Shown: one piece after another, positions 26,177 through 39,767 of the stretch | How the letters are laid out: every line of letters begins with the position of its first letter | Position numbering within the stretch: the stretch's first letter is position 1 | Source of the DNA: Pristiophorus japonicus | Lineage: Eukaryota | Assembly (NCBI RefSeq): GCF_044704955.1 | Contig: NC_091978.1 | Span: 127,720,001-127,784,000 of the forward strand | Direction of reading: 5' to 3' | DNA length: 64,000 nucleotides | Notes under the pieces: model-generated | The model's input: the letters and a program-made list of their open reading frames with translations, nothing else | What the model was told of the DNA's origin: nothing | The model's database searches: none | Program-made: the position numbers and the translations under genes

Positions 26177-27040
26177 GGGAAGGGTGGAAATTGGATGCAA
26201 AGTGAATTAAATTTTCTAGTTCGGGGCGAGAGCAAGAAACTGCACCGATTATAGTCATTGTACCAGAAAGAAATGAGGGAGGGGACCTGAATAGGACTGG
26301 AACAAAGAATGTTCTACATATCACACGAAAAGGCAGGCATAGCTCGGACCTGTGCGGGCTCCCATAGCAGCACCTTTTAATTTGGAGGAAGTGAGTTGAG
26401 TCAAAGGAGAAGTTGTTCAACGTGAGAACAAGTTCAGCCAAGCAGAGGAGGGTGGTGGTGGTGGAAGGTATTCAGGGATAATGGATCAATGCGAGTAAAT
26501 GGAGTTGAGATACAGGTCAACCGTGATCTAATTTAATGGCGGAACAGGTTCAAGGGTCTGAATCGCCTACTTCTATTATGTTTGAGGAAAAAGGAGGAAG
26601 GTTTTGGGTAAGGGAGAAAAGAGAAAAATACAATTGAAGTACTTGCATTTTTGACAAGACATTGCAAATCGACTCTGGGAGGTAAGGCGATTGCTTTTAA
26701 ATAAAAATAATTGAGAAGAGCTTTTGGGGAAGGAAGAACACCATTTTACTTGTATTTTAAGTTTTGTAAAGTATTAAATGAGTCTTATTCCAATTATAGC
26801 TGAGGCCCTCTATCTTTCAGTTTCGATAAACTATTACATTTTCTTGTCAGTAATGTGATATATTGCTTTTGAAAATAACAACAATTGAGCTGCAGTTAGA
26901 TTGCAACAAAAATCAGAAACTGCTCTCCAGAAACTGCTCATAAGCAGCAGCATGGGATATTTCTAATTTATAAAGAAATGTACCATTTTATTGCCGTGTA
27001 ACATGTGTTGTGTGGAATTAATATACTCTTGTTAAAATAA

Positions 27041-27208
<168 letters not shown>

Positions 27209-27879
27209 TAATTTCTTGATTAATCAGCTAATTGTAGTTGGCATGAAAGTCTAATTAGATTCCAGAGATAATCTTAAAAGTGAGAGCAGTATGGTGTTAT
27301 GTGCCTATGTTTAGACAGCTGATTATGAAGTTGTTTTAGATAGTAATGGATTTATTTAAGAACTGATTTGTATATCAACTTGTCCCAAACTTTCCACGTC
27401 ATTGCCTTCCATCATCTAGTAGGGGGTATCTAGCCAATGCCACATGTTCAATTTCTATACTGACTGACAAATTTGCGGGGGTGGGGTGGTAGGTAGGTAA
27501 TGTGTGCTTACGCATGTCACACAGTTATTTGTCCCAATTGGCACTTATTTAAAAAGTCTATATTTAGTTCATTAAGCTCACTGTTGCATCTTTTACTCGG
27601 TTATTTCTCTCCTGCTTAGCACTTAAAAACCTTATCAATCCCTGTTCATTACAAATGGTACTGTACCTTTTTATATGCTCTGTGTCTCGCCACCGTAACT
27701 GTACTGAGCTTACTTGATATGTCACGCGCCATGTGTGTTCTTCTAGACTTTGGAAAGTGGTAGAATAAACATGTAGACTTATCAACTTTGGAACATGTTA
27801 ATAGTAACTGATGAGCAATATCAAATAGAATGCAGCAAATTGCAATAGTTTACCGAATATTTCTATTCCATTTTGAATG

Positions 27880-30800
27880 CTTCTGGAGAGGGAGGGTAAA
27901 CAGCCAGCTGTCGTGGTACATGTAGGTACCAACGATATAGGTAAGAAGCGGGAAGAGGTCCTACAAGCTGAATTTAGGGAGCTAGGAGTTAAATTAAAAA
28001 GTAGGACCTCAAAGGTAGTGATTGCTACCAGTGCCACGTGCTAATCAGAGTAGAGGGAGCAGGTTAGTTAGAATAAATACGTGGCTTGAGCAGTGGTGCA
28101 AGAGGGAGGGATTCAAATTCCTGGGACATTTGAACCAGTTCTGGGGGAAGTGGGACCTGTACAAAAGGGACAGTCTGCACTTGGGCAGGACTGGAACTGA
28201 TGTTCTAGGGGTAACATTTGCTAATGCAGTTCGGGAGTGTTTAAACTAATATGGCAGGGGGATGGGAACCTATGCAGCGAGATATGGCGAAGTAATATGG
28301 AGTCAGAAACAGATGGTAGAAAGGTAAAAAGCAATAATGGAAGGCTGAGTAAACAAAGGCAAGTAACAAAAAGGGCCACACTACATCATAATTCTAAAAG
28401 GACAAAGGGTGTTAAAAAAACAAGCCTGAAGGCTTTGTGTCTTAATGCAAGGAGTATCCGTAATAACGTGGATGAATTAACTGTGCAAATAGATGTTAAC
28501 AGATATGATGTGATTGGGATTACAGAGACGTGGCTCCAGGATGATCAGGGCTGGGAACTCAACATCCAAGGGTATTCAACATTCAGGAAGAATAGAATAA
28601 AAGGAAAAGGAGGTGGGGTAGCATTGCTGGTTAAAGAGGAGATTAATGCAATAGTTAGGAAGGACATTAGCTTGGATGATGTGGAATCTATATGGGTAGA
28701 GCTGCAGAACACCAAAGAGCAAAAAACGTTAGTGGGAGTTGTGTACAGACCTCCAAACAGTAGTAGTGATGTTGGGCAGGGCATCAAACAGGAAATTAGG
28801 GGTGCATGCAATAAAGCTGCAGCAGTTATCATGGGTGACTTTAATATGCACATAGATTGGGCTAACCAAACTGGAAGCAATACGGTGGAGGAGGATTTCC
28901 TGGAGTGCATAAGGGATGGTTTTCTGGACCAATATGTCGAGGAACCAACTAGGGAGGAGGCCATTTTAGACTGGGTGTTGTGTAATGAGAGAGGATTAAT
29001 TAGCAATCTCGTTGTGCGAGGCCCCTTGGGGAAGAGTGACCATAATATAGTGGAATTCTACATTAGGATGGAGAAGGAAACAGTTAATTCAGAGACCATG
29101 GTCCAGAACTTAAAGAAGGGTACCTTTTGAAGGTATGAGGCGTGAATTGGCTCGGATAGATTGGCAAATGATACTTAAGGGGTTGACTGTGGATGGGCAA
29201 TGGCAGACATTTAGAGACTGCATGGATGAACTACAACAATTGTACTTCCCTGTCTGGCGTAAAAATAAAAAAGGGAAGGTGGCTCAACCGTGGCTATCAA
29301 GGGAAATCAGGGATAGTATTAAAGCCAAGGAAGTGGCATACAAATTGGCCAGAAATAGCAGCGAACCCAGGGACTGGGAGAAATTTAGAACTCAGCAGAG
29401 GAGGACAAAGAGTTTGATTAGGGCAGGGAAAATAGAGTACGAGAGGAAGCTTACAGGGAACATTAAGACGGACTGCAAAAGCTTCCATAAATATGTAAAG
29501 AGAAAAAGGTTAGTAAAGACAAACGTAGGTCCCCTGCAGTCAGAATCAGGGGAAGTCATAACAGGGAACAAAGAAATGGCAGACCAATTGAACAAGTACT
29601 TTGGTTCGGTATTCACTAAGGAGGACACAAACAACCTTCCGGATATAAAAGGGGTCGGAGCATCTAGTAAGAAGGAGGAACTGAGGGAAATCCTCATTAG
29701 TCGGGAAATTGTGTTGGGGAAATTGATGGGATTGAAGGCCGATAAATCCCCAGGACCTGATGAACTGCATCCCAGAGTACTTAAGGAGGTGGCCTTGGAA
29801 ATAGCGGATGCATTGATACATTTTCCAACATTCCATTGACTCTGGATCAGTTCCTATGGAGTGGAGGGTAGCCAATGTAACACCACTTTTTAAAAAAAGA
29901 AGGGAGAGAGAAAACAGGGAATTATAGACCGGTCAGCCTGACATCGGTGGTGGGTGAAATGATGGAATCAATTATTAAGGATGTCATAGCAGTGCATTTG
30001 GAAAGAGGTGACATGATAGATGCAAGTCAGCATGGATTTGTGAAAGGGAAATCGTGCATGACAAATCTTCTGGAATTTTTTGAGGATGTTTCCAGTAGCG
30101 TGGACAAGGGAGAACCAGTTGATGTGGTGTATTTGGACTTTCAGAAGGCTTTCGACAAGATCCCACACAAGAGATTAGTGTGCAAAGTTAAAGCACATGG
30201 GATTGGGGATAGTGTGCTGACATGGATTGAGAACTGGTTGGCAGACAGGAAGCAAAGAGTAGAAGTAAATGGGTACTTTTCAGAATGGCAGGCACTGACT
30301 AGTGGGGTACTGCAAGGTTCTGTGCTGGGGCCCCAGCTGTTTACATTGTACATTAATGATTTAGACGAGGGGATTAAATGTAGTATCTCCAAATTTGCGG
30401 ATGACACTAAGTTGGGTGGCAGTGTGAGCTGCGAGGAGGATGCTATGAGGCTGCCGAGTGACTTGGATAGGTTAGGTGAGTGGGCAAATGCATGGCAGAT
30501 GAAGTATAATGTGGATAAATGTGAGGTTATCTACTTTGGTGGTTAAAAACAGAGAGACAGACTATTATCTGAATGGTGACAGATTAGGAAAAGGGGAGGT
30601 GCAACGAGACCTGGGTGTCATGGTACATCAGTCATTGAAGGTTGACATGCAGGTACAGCAGGCGGTTAAGAAAGCAAATGGCATGTTGGCCTTCATAGTG
30701 AGGGGATTTGAGTACAAGGGCAGGGCGGTGTTATTACAGTTGTACAGGGCCTTGGTGAGCCCACACCTGGAGTATTGTGTACAGTTTTGGTCTCCTAACT

Positions 30801-31325
30801 TGAGGAAGGACATTCTTGCTATTGAGGGAGTGCAGCGAAGGTTCACCAGACTGATTTCCGGGCTGGCAGGACTTGACATATGAAGAAAGACTGGATCAAC
30901 GGGGCTTGTATTCACTGGAATTCAGAAGAATGAGAGGGGATCTCATAGAAACGTTTAAAATTCTGATGGGTTTAGACAGGTTAGATGCAGGAAGAATGTT
31001 CCCAATGTTGGGGAAGTCCAGAACCAGGGGTCACAGTCTAAGGATAAGGGGTAAGCCATTTCGGACCGAGATGAGGAGAAACTTCTTCACCCAGAGAGTG
31101 GTGAACCTGTGGAATTCTCTACCACAGAAAGTTGTTGAGGCCAATTGACTAAATATATTCAAAAAGGAGTTAGATGAAGTCCTTACTACTAGGGGGATCA
31201 AGGGGTATGGCGAGAAAGCAGGAATGGGGTACTGAAGTTGCATGTTCAGCCATGAACTCATTGAATGGCGGTGCAGGCTCGAAGGGCCGAATGGCCTACT
31301 CCTGCACCTATTTTCTATGTTTCTA
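27880..31325 (+). mobile_element. CR1 LINE (TTCTATGT tail), esterase ORF1 part + full-length ORF2 with few frameshifts
   Basis: VVVHVGTNDIG esterase. ORFs 28237-29130, 29135-29839, 29947-30546 and 30509-31148 tile APE+RT. The +1 T near 29125 is visible against the 35509 copy. Confidence 0.95.
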
Positions 31326-31530
31326 AATGTGACTTTTTGCTATTGGATTTGTGTTATTAATGACATAGGACATCTACAGTTCCAGGAAGTACCCCCTGAA
31401 GTATCAGCAATGTACAACAAAGTGTGAGATCCAAATGCAGTCATCATCTAACTGTAAATTGTTTTAGTCTTTGAGCCTTCTGGTGCCATTCCAGCCAATT
31501 GTCTGATGCAGTGAAATGTGCAGCTTTCAG

Positions 31531-31612
31531 ACTGAGTTGAGGTAGAAGATCTGCCATGATATTGAATGGCGAAGCAGGCTCGAAGGGCTGAATGGCCTAC
31601 TCCTGTTCCTAT
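31531..31612 (+). mobile_element. CR1 3' UTR fragment
   Basis: GCCATGATATTGAATGGC...GCAGGCTCGAAGGGCTGAATGGCCTACTCCTG. Confidence 0.7.
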
Positions 31613-32659
31613 ATCTTGTTATTTTCAAACCAGCTTTTAATTACAAAGGTACTGTAATGATAAGACAGAACAAAAGAATCACTATAGATAAAATACTGCA
31701 TTTTGTCACACTGGTTTATCTAGAGACCATATACAGTCTACCCTATTATTAACTATTTAGTTATTTATTTAGTTTCCTTGAAGGAAAGTTTTTGCAAAAA
31801 AATCTCCTTAACCTCCAACGGTAATCAAATAAACTTTTGAATAGCTATCTATGCCCATATCTCTTGGATATTTCCCCAATTTTCTGCAGGTGGGTAATAT
31901 TTGTCAAGATGTATTGCAAGTGCTTTTGTTGCAGCAATAGTGATATTACACTGATTTGATTCTTCCCTATCACTGCATTAACAGTCTTGGAAATCCTCCT
32001 CTGTATTACCACAAGGACTGCAACAGTTCAGGGAGAAAGCCTACCAACATGTTCTCAGGGCAACAAGTGTTTCCTTGCCAGCATTACCCACATCCCAACA
32101 ATATAACATTTTTAGAAGATGCAGTTTAATGTTGATAAGTGTGATGTCATATATTTTGGAAGGGAAAAATAAGGGGGGGAAAATTCGTTATCTTAGCACC
32201 TCCAGTTAGCGCCAGTAGATGACGCTGGAGCATTATTGCTGAAGCGCGGCGAATCCAACACCGCATGCCAAATCCCGCCCCTTCCCCTGCAGCGCTGCCG
32301 TTCAGTTATTGCCGGGCGCCGCAACGCCAGGTGGATCGTGACGTCAGTGAGTGTGCAACGCTCACTGACCGCACAATCTGCAAAATTGATTGTCGCCACG
32401 TACTTTAGCATCTGAAGGAAACAGCGAGAGCTGGTGTGAAGCAACAGGAAGCCTGCTGCAAGGACATTATTTAAAGGGATCATCAGTACTGAATCGCAGC
32501 TGTAGGTTAGTGGAGTTTCAGTGCTTTCTTGTCGGTTACACACAGTGCACCCGTCTCATTCTGTAATTTCAATGTTATTTGGTATCAGGAGTGCTGTGGC
32601 AACTAAAAAGTAGCTACATTTATTCTTTAAAAAAATCAAATTGCTACACTTGTTTACAT

Positions 32660-33710
32660 TAATGGAGATTGTAGTGGCAGTCGATGACGCTCTCCAGGAT
32701 CAACAGCAGAGGGGGCGGAGACAGGGAGAAACACTGGAACATGTGGCCAGAGGGTGGAGGAGGCCATCAGGATTCTCAACAGGAGCATTACCCTCTAATT
32801 AAGTGAGGAGCAATGTATTAGAAGGCTCCACTTCACCAAGGAGGTGGTCACAGAACTCTGCCAACTCCTACAACCAGACCTCCAGCCTCAGATCAGGGTG
32901 ATCATGGCTCTTGGTGGCAGTTAAGGTCATGTCGTCCTCTATTTCTTCGCCAGTGGATCCTTCCAGTCTACAACAGGAGATATAGCTAACATCTCGCAGT
33001 TTACCGTCCATTATTGCATCCGGGAGGTCAGAGGCTCTCTACAGTAGGAGAAGGGACTACATTTCCTTCCCCATCACCAGAGAGAAGCAGGACGAGTGAG
33101 CATGTGGCTTTGCCAGGATAGTGGTATTCCCCATGGTGCAGGGCTCCATTGTCTGCACCCACGTGGCTTTGCAGACACTGCATAATAATCCTGAGATCCT
33201 CTGTAACTGCAAAGAATACCACTCACTGTGCAGTTGGTGTGCGACCACAGTCAGTGAATCCTCAATGTCAATGCCCGCTATCCTGGCATCAGCCATGATG
33301 TCTTCATCCTGTGCCAGACTGGTGTGCCAGCGCTCTTCCAGCCACCACATGAAGCTTCGCAGAATAGGGCTATCCGCTCTCCACCTGGCTAATAACTCCC
33401 CTCCGCACTCAGCACTCTTATAATGAGAGCCATGCTGCCACTAGGAACATCATTGAGCAGACCATCGGCCTGCTGAAGCAACGGTTCCTCTGCCTTGACT
33501 GCTCGGGAGGAGACCTCCAGTATTCGGCTGAGTGGTAGTCTGCTGCATGCTCCACAACTTTTCCATCATGAGGGCCCAACCCTTGTCACCAGGGATTGCG
33601 GGACCACCTCAGGAGGAGGAACAGGAGCGAGGGAGGAAGCAGCCACTCAATCAGCCTTTCGGAAGGGCGGTCCATGACTGCCTCATCAAACTGCGATTCG
33701 AATAAATTAA
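32660..33710 (+). pseudogene. Harbinger (HARBI1-like) DDE transposase, inactivated
   Basis: LSEEQCIRRLHFTKEVVTELC, FFASGSFQ..GDIANISQ, FPMVQGSIVCTHVA (catalytic D to V), NARYPGISHD, YNESHAATRNIIEQTIGLLKQRF.CLD, CCMLHN. Frameshifted. Confidence 0.88.
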
Positions 33711-33787
33711 ACCCCAGATCCCTGTTGCTCATACATCCCCATCATTCCATCCCTATCGCAAGCCATATCACAGCTCAAAGCTGAAAT

Positions 33788-34046
33788 TTAAAACTCAGAT
33801 GAGGAGGAATTTCTTCTGAGGGTTGTAAATCTGTGGAATTCGTTGCCGCAGCTGTGGAAGCTGGGACATTGAATAAATTTAAGACAGATAGACAGTTTGT
33901 TAACCGATAAGGGAATAAGGGGTTATGGGGAGCGGGCAGAGAAGTGGACCCGAGTCCATGATCTGATCAGCCATGATCGTATTAAATGGCGGAGCAGGCT
34001 CAAGGGGCCGTATGGCCTACTCCTGCTCCTATTTCTTATGTTCTTA
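33788..34046 (+). mobile_element. CR1 3' fragment inside the Harbinger
   Basis: EMRRNFF..., 3' UTR hairpin, TTCTTATGTTCTT tail. Confidence 0.85.
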
Positions 34047-34129
34047 AATGAGAAATACCACAAAAGAATCCAAACTGAATTAATAAATTTGTCAAAAGTC
34101 AGTGAACACATATTTACAACAAAAATATT

Positions 34130-37100
34130 AACTATTCACCCTTGTGCAACCCATTAGTACCTACTTTAATGCTCCTACGAAATGTTGGCCCAGTGGCTGC
34201 AGCATGGCTGGTGGAAGGTTGCCGAATGTCCGTGCGAGAGACTACACATGGCCTTGCAGGACACCCTCGACCAGCTCTGGGCCTGGAAGGCCCGGCTGCG
34301 GACTGCACCACCTCAGCATGGGAAGCAGTAGTCTGGGCTGACTGTATGACAGGCAGTGGCAAGAGCAGTGGCGGAATGGCAGTGGTGGGAGCAGGAATGC
34401 TGTCATCCTGAGAGAGGACAGCTGGGTCCTGCTCCACTGACCCACTGCCATTCTCTCGGGGCAGCACCTCCGCATCCTCAGCAATCTGTTGGAGCACAGA
34501 CGGCTGGTCTGCTGCGACACCATGAAAGCCCCAGTCGATGATGGTAGACCCAGCCATGATGGCAGCAGTCGGTGCTTGTGTGGCATTGTAGCTTTCGCCT
34601 GTGTTGCAATGGAAGCTGTTAGATTGCTGGTTTGGGTCACCACGGTCTCTAGGAGTCTACCATCCTTTGCAGACTGGAATTGATGGGCTCCATGGTATGC
34701 TTAGAGCCTTGTGCAATGTTGGAGTCTGACTCCTTCATGTTTCTTATCATTGCCGAGAGGCTCTCGGGCACCCTTGCCATTACACCTATCATCTTTGTGC
34801 ATGCCCATCACTCTTTTTTTCTAAAGGCATCGAGGTCCTCATCCGAGTCCTGTGCAGCAGAACTCGCCGTCTGGGGAGCAAGCCCCCGAACTACTCTTTT
34901 CTTTCTGGTCTTGCTGCAGTCTACTTGTCTCCTGTGCAGATCCCAATACTATACTAGCTCTAAAGAATGTGTAGTGCCAGTGTCTGAGCTGGTGCCTGCA
35001 GGTGAGACATGCAGTGACGCGGTGTGTTCTTCCTCCTCCTCCTCCTCACTGGCCTTGTTCTCTACAGCACCCTCGAACAGACTGATCAAATGCTTGCTCA
35101 TTATCGGAAACCATAAAGGTACAGGAGTCGGGTGAGGGGTGGAGGGCAGAAAGGGAGAAATGCATGTATACAGCATGATTAGCTGGAAAGTGCAAAATGC
35201 TTGCAGGGTGAGGGATGTGAGACAAAGGAGTAGGCATGAACATACCATTGTCCCCAAGGGGGTCAATGACGCCAGTGGCCATGGTGCCCACCACCTGGCT
35301 CCCAATAATCTGCAGCACTCTATTTTCCAGTGCAGACAGTGGTTGGGTGCTGGCTTGTACCCCGTCTGTGTGCTCCTGCTCCCTCCTGTTGTGAGCCACC
35401 TTGGCCTGCAATAGAAAGGAAAGTGTGAGTGTAGAATAATGTGTTTATGTGATATGCCTGCCATAGTTGAATAGCTGTCATTGTGTACAAGGTGTGAGAT
35501 GTATGTGTGAGGGCATCAAACAGGAAATTAGGAGTGCATGCAATAAAGGTGCAGCAGTTATAATGGGTGACTTTAATATGCACATAGATTGGGCTAGCCA
35601 AACTGGAAGCAATACGGTGGAGGAGGATTTCCTGGAATGCATAAGGGATGGTTTTCTAGACCAATATGTCGAGGAACCAACTAGGGGGGAGGCCATCTTA
35701 GACTGGGTGTTGTGTAATGAGAGAGGATTAATTAGCAATCTCATTGTGCGAGGCCCCTTGGGGAAGAGTGACCATAATATGGTGGAATTCTGCATTAGGA
35801 TGGAGAATGAAACAGTTAATTCAGAGACCATGGTCCAGAACTTAAAGAAGGGTAACTTTGAAGGTATGAGGCATGAATTGGCTAAGATAGATTGGCTAAT
35901 GATACTTAAGGGTTTGACTGTGGATGGGCAATGGCAGACATTTAGAGAACGCATGGATGAATTACAACAATTGTACATTCCTGTCTGGCGTAAAAATAAA
36001 AAAGGGAAGGTGGCTCAACCGTGGCTATCAAGGGAAATCAGGGATAGTATTAAAGCCAAGGAAGTGGCATACAAATTGGCCAGAAATAGCAGCGAACCTG
36101 GGGACTGGGAGAAATTTAGAACTCAGCAGAGGAGGACAAAGGGTTTGATTAGGGTAGGGAAAATGGAGTACGAGAAGAAGCTTGCAGGGAACATTAAGGC
36201 GGATTGCAAAAGTTTCTATAGGTATGTAAAGAGAAAGAGGTTAGTAAAGACAAACGTAGGTCCCCTGCAGTCAGAATCAGGGGAAGTCATAACGGGGAAC
36301 AAAGAAATGGCAGACCAATTGAACAAGTACTTTGGTTCAGTATTCACTAAGGAGGACACAAACAACCTTCCGGATATAAAAGTGGTCAGAGGGTCTATTA
36401 AGGAGGAGGAACTGAGGGAAATCTTTATTAGTCGGGAAATTGTGTTGGGGAAATTGATGGGATTGAAGGCCGATAAATCCCCAGGGCCTGATGGACTGCA
36501 TCCCAGAGTACTTAAGGAGGTGGCCTTGGAAATAGCGGATGCATTGACAGTCATTTTCCAACATTCCATTGACTCTGGATCAGTTCCTATCGAGTGGAGG
36601 GTAGCCAATGTAACCCCACTTTTTAAAAAAGGAGGGAGAGAGAAAGCAGGGAATTATAGACCGGTCAGCCTGACCTCAGTAGTGGGTAAAATGATGGAAT
36701 CAATTATTAAGGATGTCATAGCAGCGCATTTGGAAAATGGTGACATGATAGGTCCAAGTCAGCATGGATTTGTAAAAGGGAGATCATGCTTGACAAATCT
36801 TCTGGAATTTTTTGAGGATGTTTCCAATAAAGTGGACAAAGGAGTACCAGTTGATGTGGTATATTTGGACTTTCAGAAGGCTTTCGACAAGGTCCCACAC
36901 AGGAGATTAATGTGCAAAGTTAAAGCACATGGGATTGGGGGTAGTGTGCTGACGTGGATTGAGAACTGGTTGTCAGACAGGAAGCAAAGAGTAGGAGTAA
37001 ATGGGTACTTTTCGGAATGGCAGGCAGTGACTAGTGGGGTACCGCAGGGTTCTGTGCTGGGGCCCCAGCTGTTTACATTATACATTAATGATTTAGACGA

Positions 37101-38430
37101 AGGGATTAAATGTAGTATCTCCAAATTTGCGGATGACACTAAGTTGGGTGGCAGTGTGAGCTGCGAGGAGGATGCTATGAGGCTACAGAGTGACTTGGAT
37201 AGGTTAGGTGAGTGGGCAAATGCGTGGCAGATGAAGTATAATGTGGATAAATGTGAGGTTATCCACTTTGGTGGTAAAAACAGAGAGACAGACTATTATC
37301 TGAATGGTGACAGATTAGGAAAAGGGAAGGTGCAACGAGACCTGGGTGTCATGGTACATCAGTCATTGAAGGTTGGCATGCAGGTACAGCAGGCGGTTAA
37401 GAAAGCAAATGGCATGTTGGCCTTCATAGCGAGGGGATTTGAGTACAGGGGCAGGGAGGTGTTGCTACAGTTGTACAGGGCCTTGGTGAGGCCACACCTG
37501 GAGTATTGTGTACAGTTTTGGTCTCCTAACTTGAGGAAGGACATACTTGCTGTTGAGGGAGTGCAGCGAAGATTCACCAGACTGATTCCCGGGATGGTGG
37601 GACTGACCTATCAAGAAAGACTGAATCAACTGGGCTTGTATTCACTGGAGTTCAGAAGAGTGAGAGGGGACCTCATAGAAACGTTTAAAATTCTGACGGG
37701 TTTGGACAGGTTGGATGCAGGAAGAATGTTCCCAATGTTGGGGAGGTCCAGAACCAGGGGTCACAGTCTAAGGATAAGGGGTAAGCCATTTAGGACCGAG
37801 ATAAGGAGAAACTTCTTCACCCAGAGAGTGGTGAACCTGTGGAATTCTCTACCACAGGAAGTAGTTGAGGCCAATTCACTAAATATATTCAAAAGGGAGT
37901 TAGATGAAGTCCTTACTACTCGGGGGATCAAGGGGTATGGCGTGAAAGCAGGAAGTGGGTACTGAAGTTTCATGTTCAGCCATGAACTCGTTGAATGGCG
38001 GTGCAGGCTAGAAGGGCTGAATGGCCTGCTCCTGCACCTATTTTCTATGTTTCTATGTTTCTATATGTGGGTGTTAGTGTTGGTAGGTAGAGATTGTAGA
38101 TGGGTGAGTGCTGGGGTGTGGTGCTTTGGGCAGTGTGTGAAGATTGTGGTATAGATGGTGGTATGTAGCATTTGTTGAAGCATTCAGTCACCCTGACCAC
38201 CCGAGTGAGGTCGTTAAATATCTTCCTGCACTGTGTGAGAGTGCTGGGGACCACAGTGCTGCCCGAGATATACTGTGCTATCTTCCTCCACATGGTGTGG
38301 AAGACTTGTGGCGAGGGCCTCCTGCCACTTACCGGGTCGAGCACTGCCCTCCGCCTCTCTACAGCGAACACCAACGCCTCCGATGCTTGGTCACAGAATC
38401 TGCGGGCTCTCTAGGGTGTGGATCTGCCAT
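34130..38430 (-). pseudogene. Harbinger accessory Myb/SANT-like gene, spliced (exons ~38430-38192, 35405-35246, ~35105-34130)
   Basis: RFCDQASEALVFAVERRRAVL...MWRKIA...TLTQCRKIFNDL (Myb/SANT-like), then AKVAHNRREQ..TDG..., then acidic and low-complexity C-terminal parts. Phase-0 GT/AG junction AGG|GTGACT...TTGCAG|GCC. Confidence 0.75.
35509..38063 (+). mobile_element. Young CR1 LINE, 5'-truncated within APE, uninterrupted ORF2
   Basis: Single open frame to 37965 (GDFN, SDH, full RT with FADD), (TTCTATGT)n tail, TSD TATGTG (35502-35507, 38064-38069). Confidence 0.96.
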
Positions 38431-39443
38431 GAGTACAGTTGCTTTAGTCCTCTGGCTCCTTCTTGACCTGCTGTTTCCTGAGGCAGCTGCACAACTAGCA
38501 ATGCTGAGAATGAGGTTCTGCAGCATCACTGAACCTCCCCTTTAAGAACTGAAAAAGGCCTGTGGCAACCATGACTTGCGATTAGATTGCATCTGATATT
38601 GGTCCTTTGAGTGTAACACCAATGAGCTTGGGCTTTAAGACTTGAATTAGGACACCAATCATTTCTTTGAGCAGTGAGCACAAATTTTACGTGCAGTCGA
38701 AGGCATTAGTTTCTGGTGCTAATTCTCCAACTTTTCTAATTATACCGACATTCCTGGGCTGTAATGACTTTCGAGCCCTAAGAATGGTAATGCACACTCA
38801 ATGAAATAATGTTGAAGACTTTGCATGAGATCAAAGGTTCAAAGATAATTCCTTGAAAAAGCCATTGAATAGCCAGTAGCATGTTGAGCTTTATAAATAA
38901 AGGACATTAAGTGCGAATGAAGTAATAATAATAAATCTGTGCAAAACATTGATTTGGCCACAGTAGACAGTGCAATTTTTGGGCATCCCATTATAGAAAA
39001 GACATAAAAACCATAGACCATCACTAGGATGATGTCTGGTATGGGAAATTATAGTTATGAAGAGAGGCTGGAGATATTGTGATAATTCTGCTGAAAAGAT
39101 CAAGAGGCAATTGAATAGAGTTTTTTTTTTAGTTATGACTCTGGGAAAGATTACTACTACTAGTTAGGATGTCAGTAACTAAGATAGTTAAGAGAATGCA
39201 AAAAGTTAATCTGGAATATTATTTTAAATTAAACTGGAGTAGGACAAGGAAATCTCTCTGGTTCAAACAATGTAAAAGCTAATAAGACTGATAAGAAGTT
39301 ATTCACACAGAGTGTAATTTAACACTCCTCCTCCCCAAAAGCGATTAATTGTGAAATATTACAGTTCAGAATATTTATTTAGGTTTCATGTTGTAAATGT
39401 GCCTTCCATGTTTAAGTGCCTCCACCCAAAGACATTTCTCTGA

Positions 39444-39536
<93 letters not shown>

Positions 39537-39626
39537 TAACTTAAAAAAAAAACTAAACTATTTTTTGTAAAAGTGTTCCAAGTATTATGAGTGGTAATTT
39601 TTCTGTTTGTAATTTTGTGGTAGTAG

Positions 39627-39767
<141 letters not shown>

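Larger units (their letters stand above)
16944..26464 (-). mobile_element. Penelope-like element (RT + GIY-YIG), 5'-truncated, in pieces 16944-17260, 24337-25310, 26177-26464
   Basis: RT AELVLTLNNFSFDSTHFLQ. GIY-YIG FTCTSCNLEYCICWSRCSLLYIGETKCRLGDRFAE (24570-24700) and RKLEEQ..FRL..LQPSGLN. Near-perfect TSD AAGGTATT(A/C)AG at 16933-16943 and 26465-26475. Confidence 0.85.
32173..38778. mobile_element. PIF/Harbinger DNA transposon (decayed autonomous, two convergent genes)
   Basis: TAA TSD (32170-32172, 38779-38781) and GGG...CCC degenerate termini. Flanks join into one ancient CR1 RT (MQFNVDKCDVIYFG|...). Confidence 0.8.

Noticed and set aside
35467-37965. 832-aa RT ORF as a domesticated host gene or retron-like system
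   Set aside because: It has a CR1 3' UTR, tail and TSD, and near-identical siblings in the window. The N-terminal residues come from flanking DNA.
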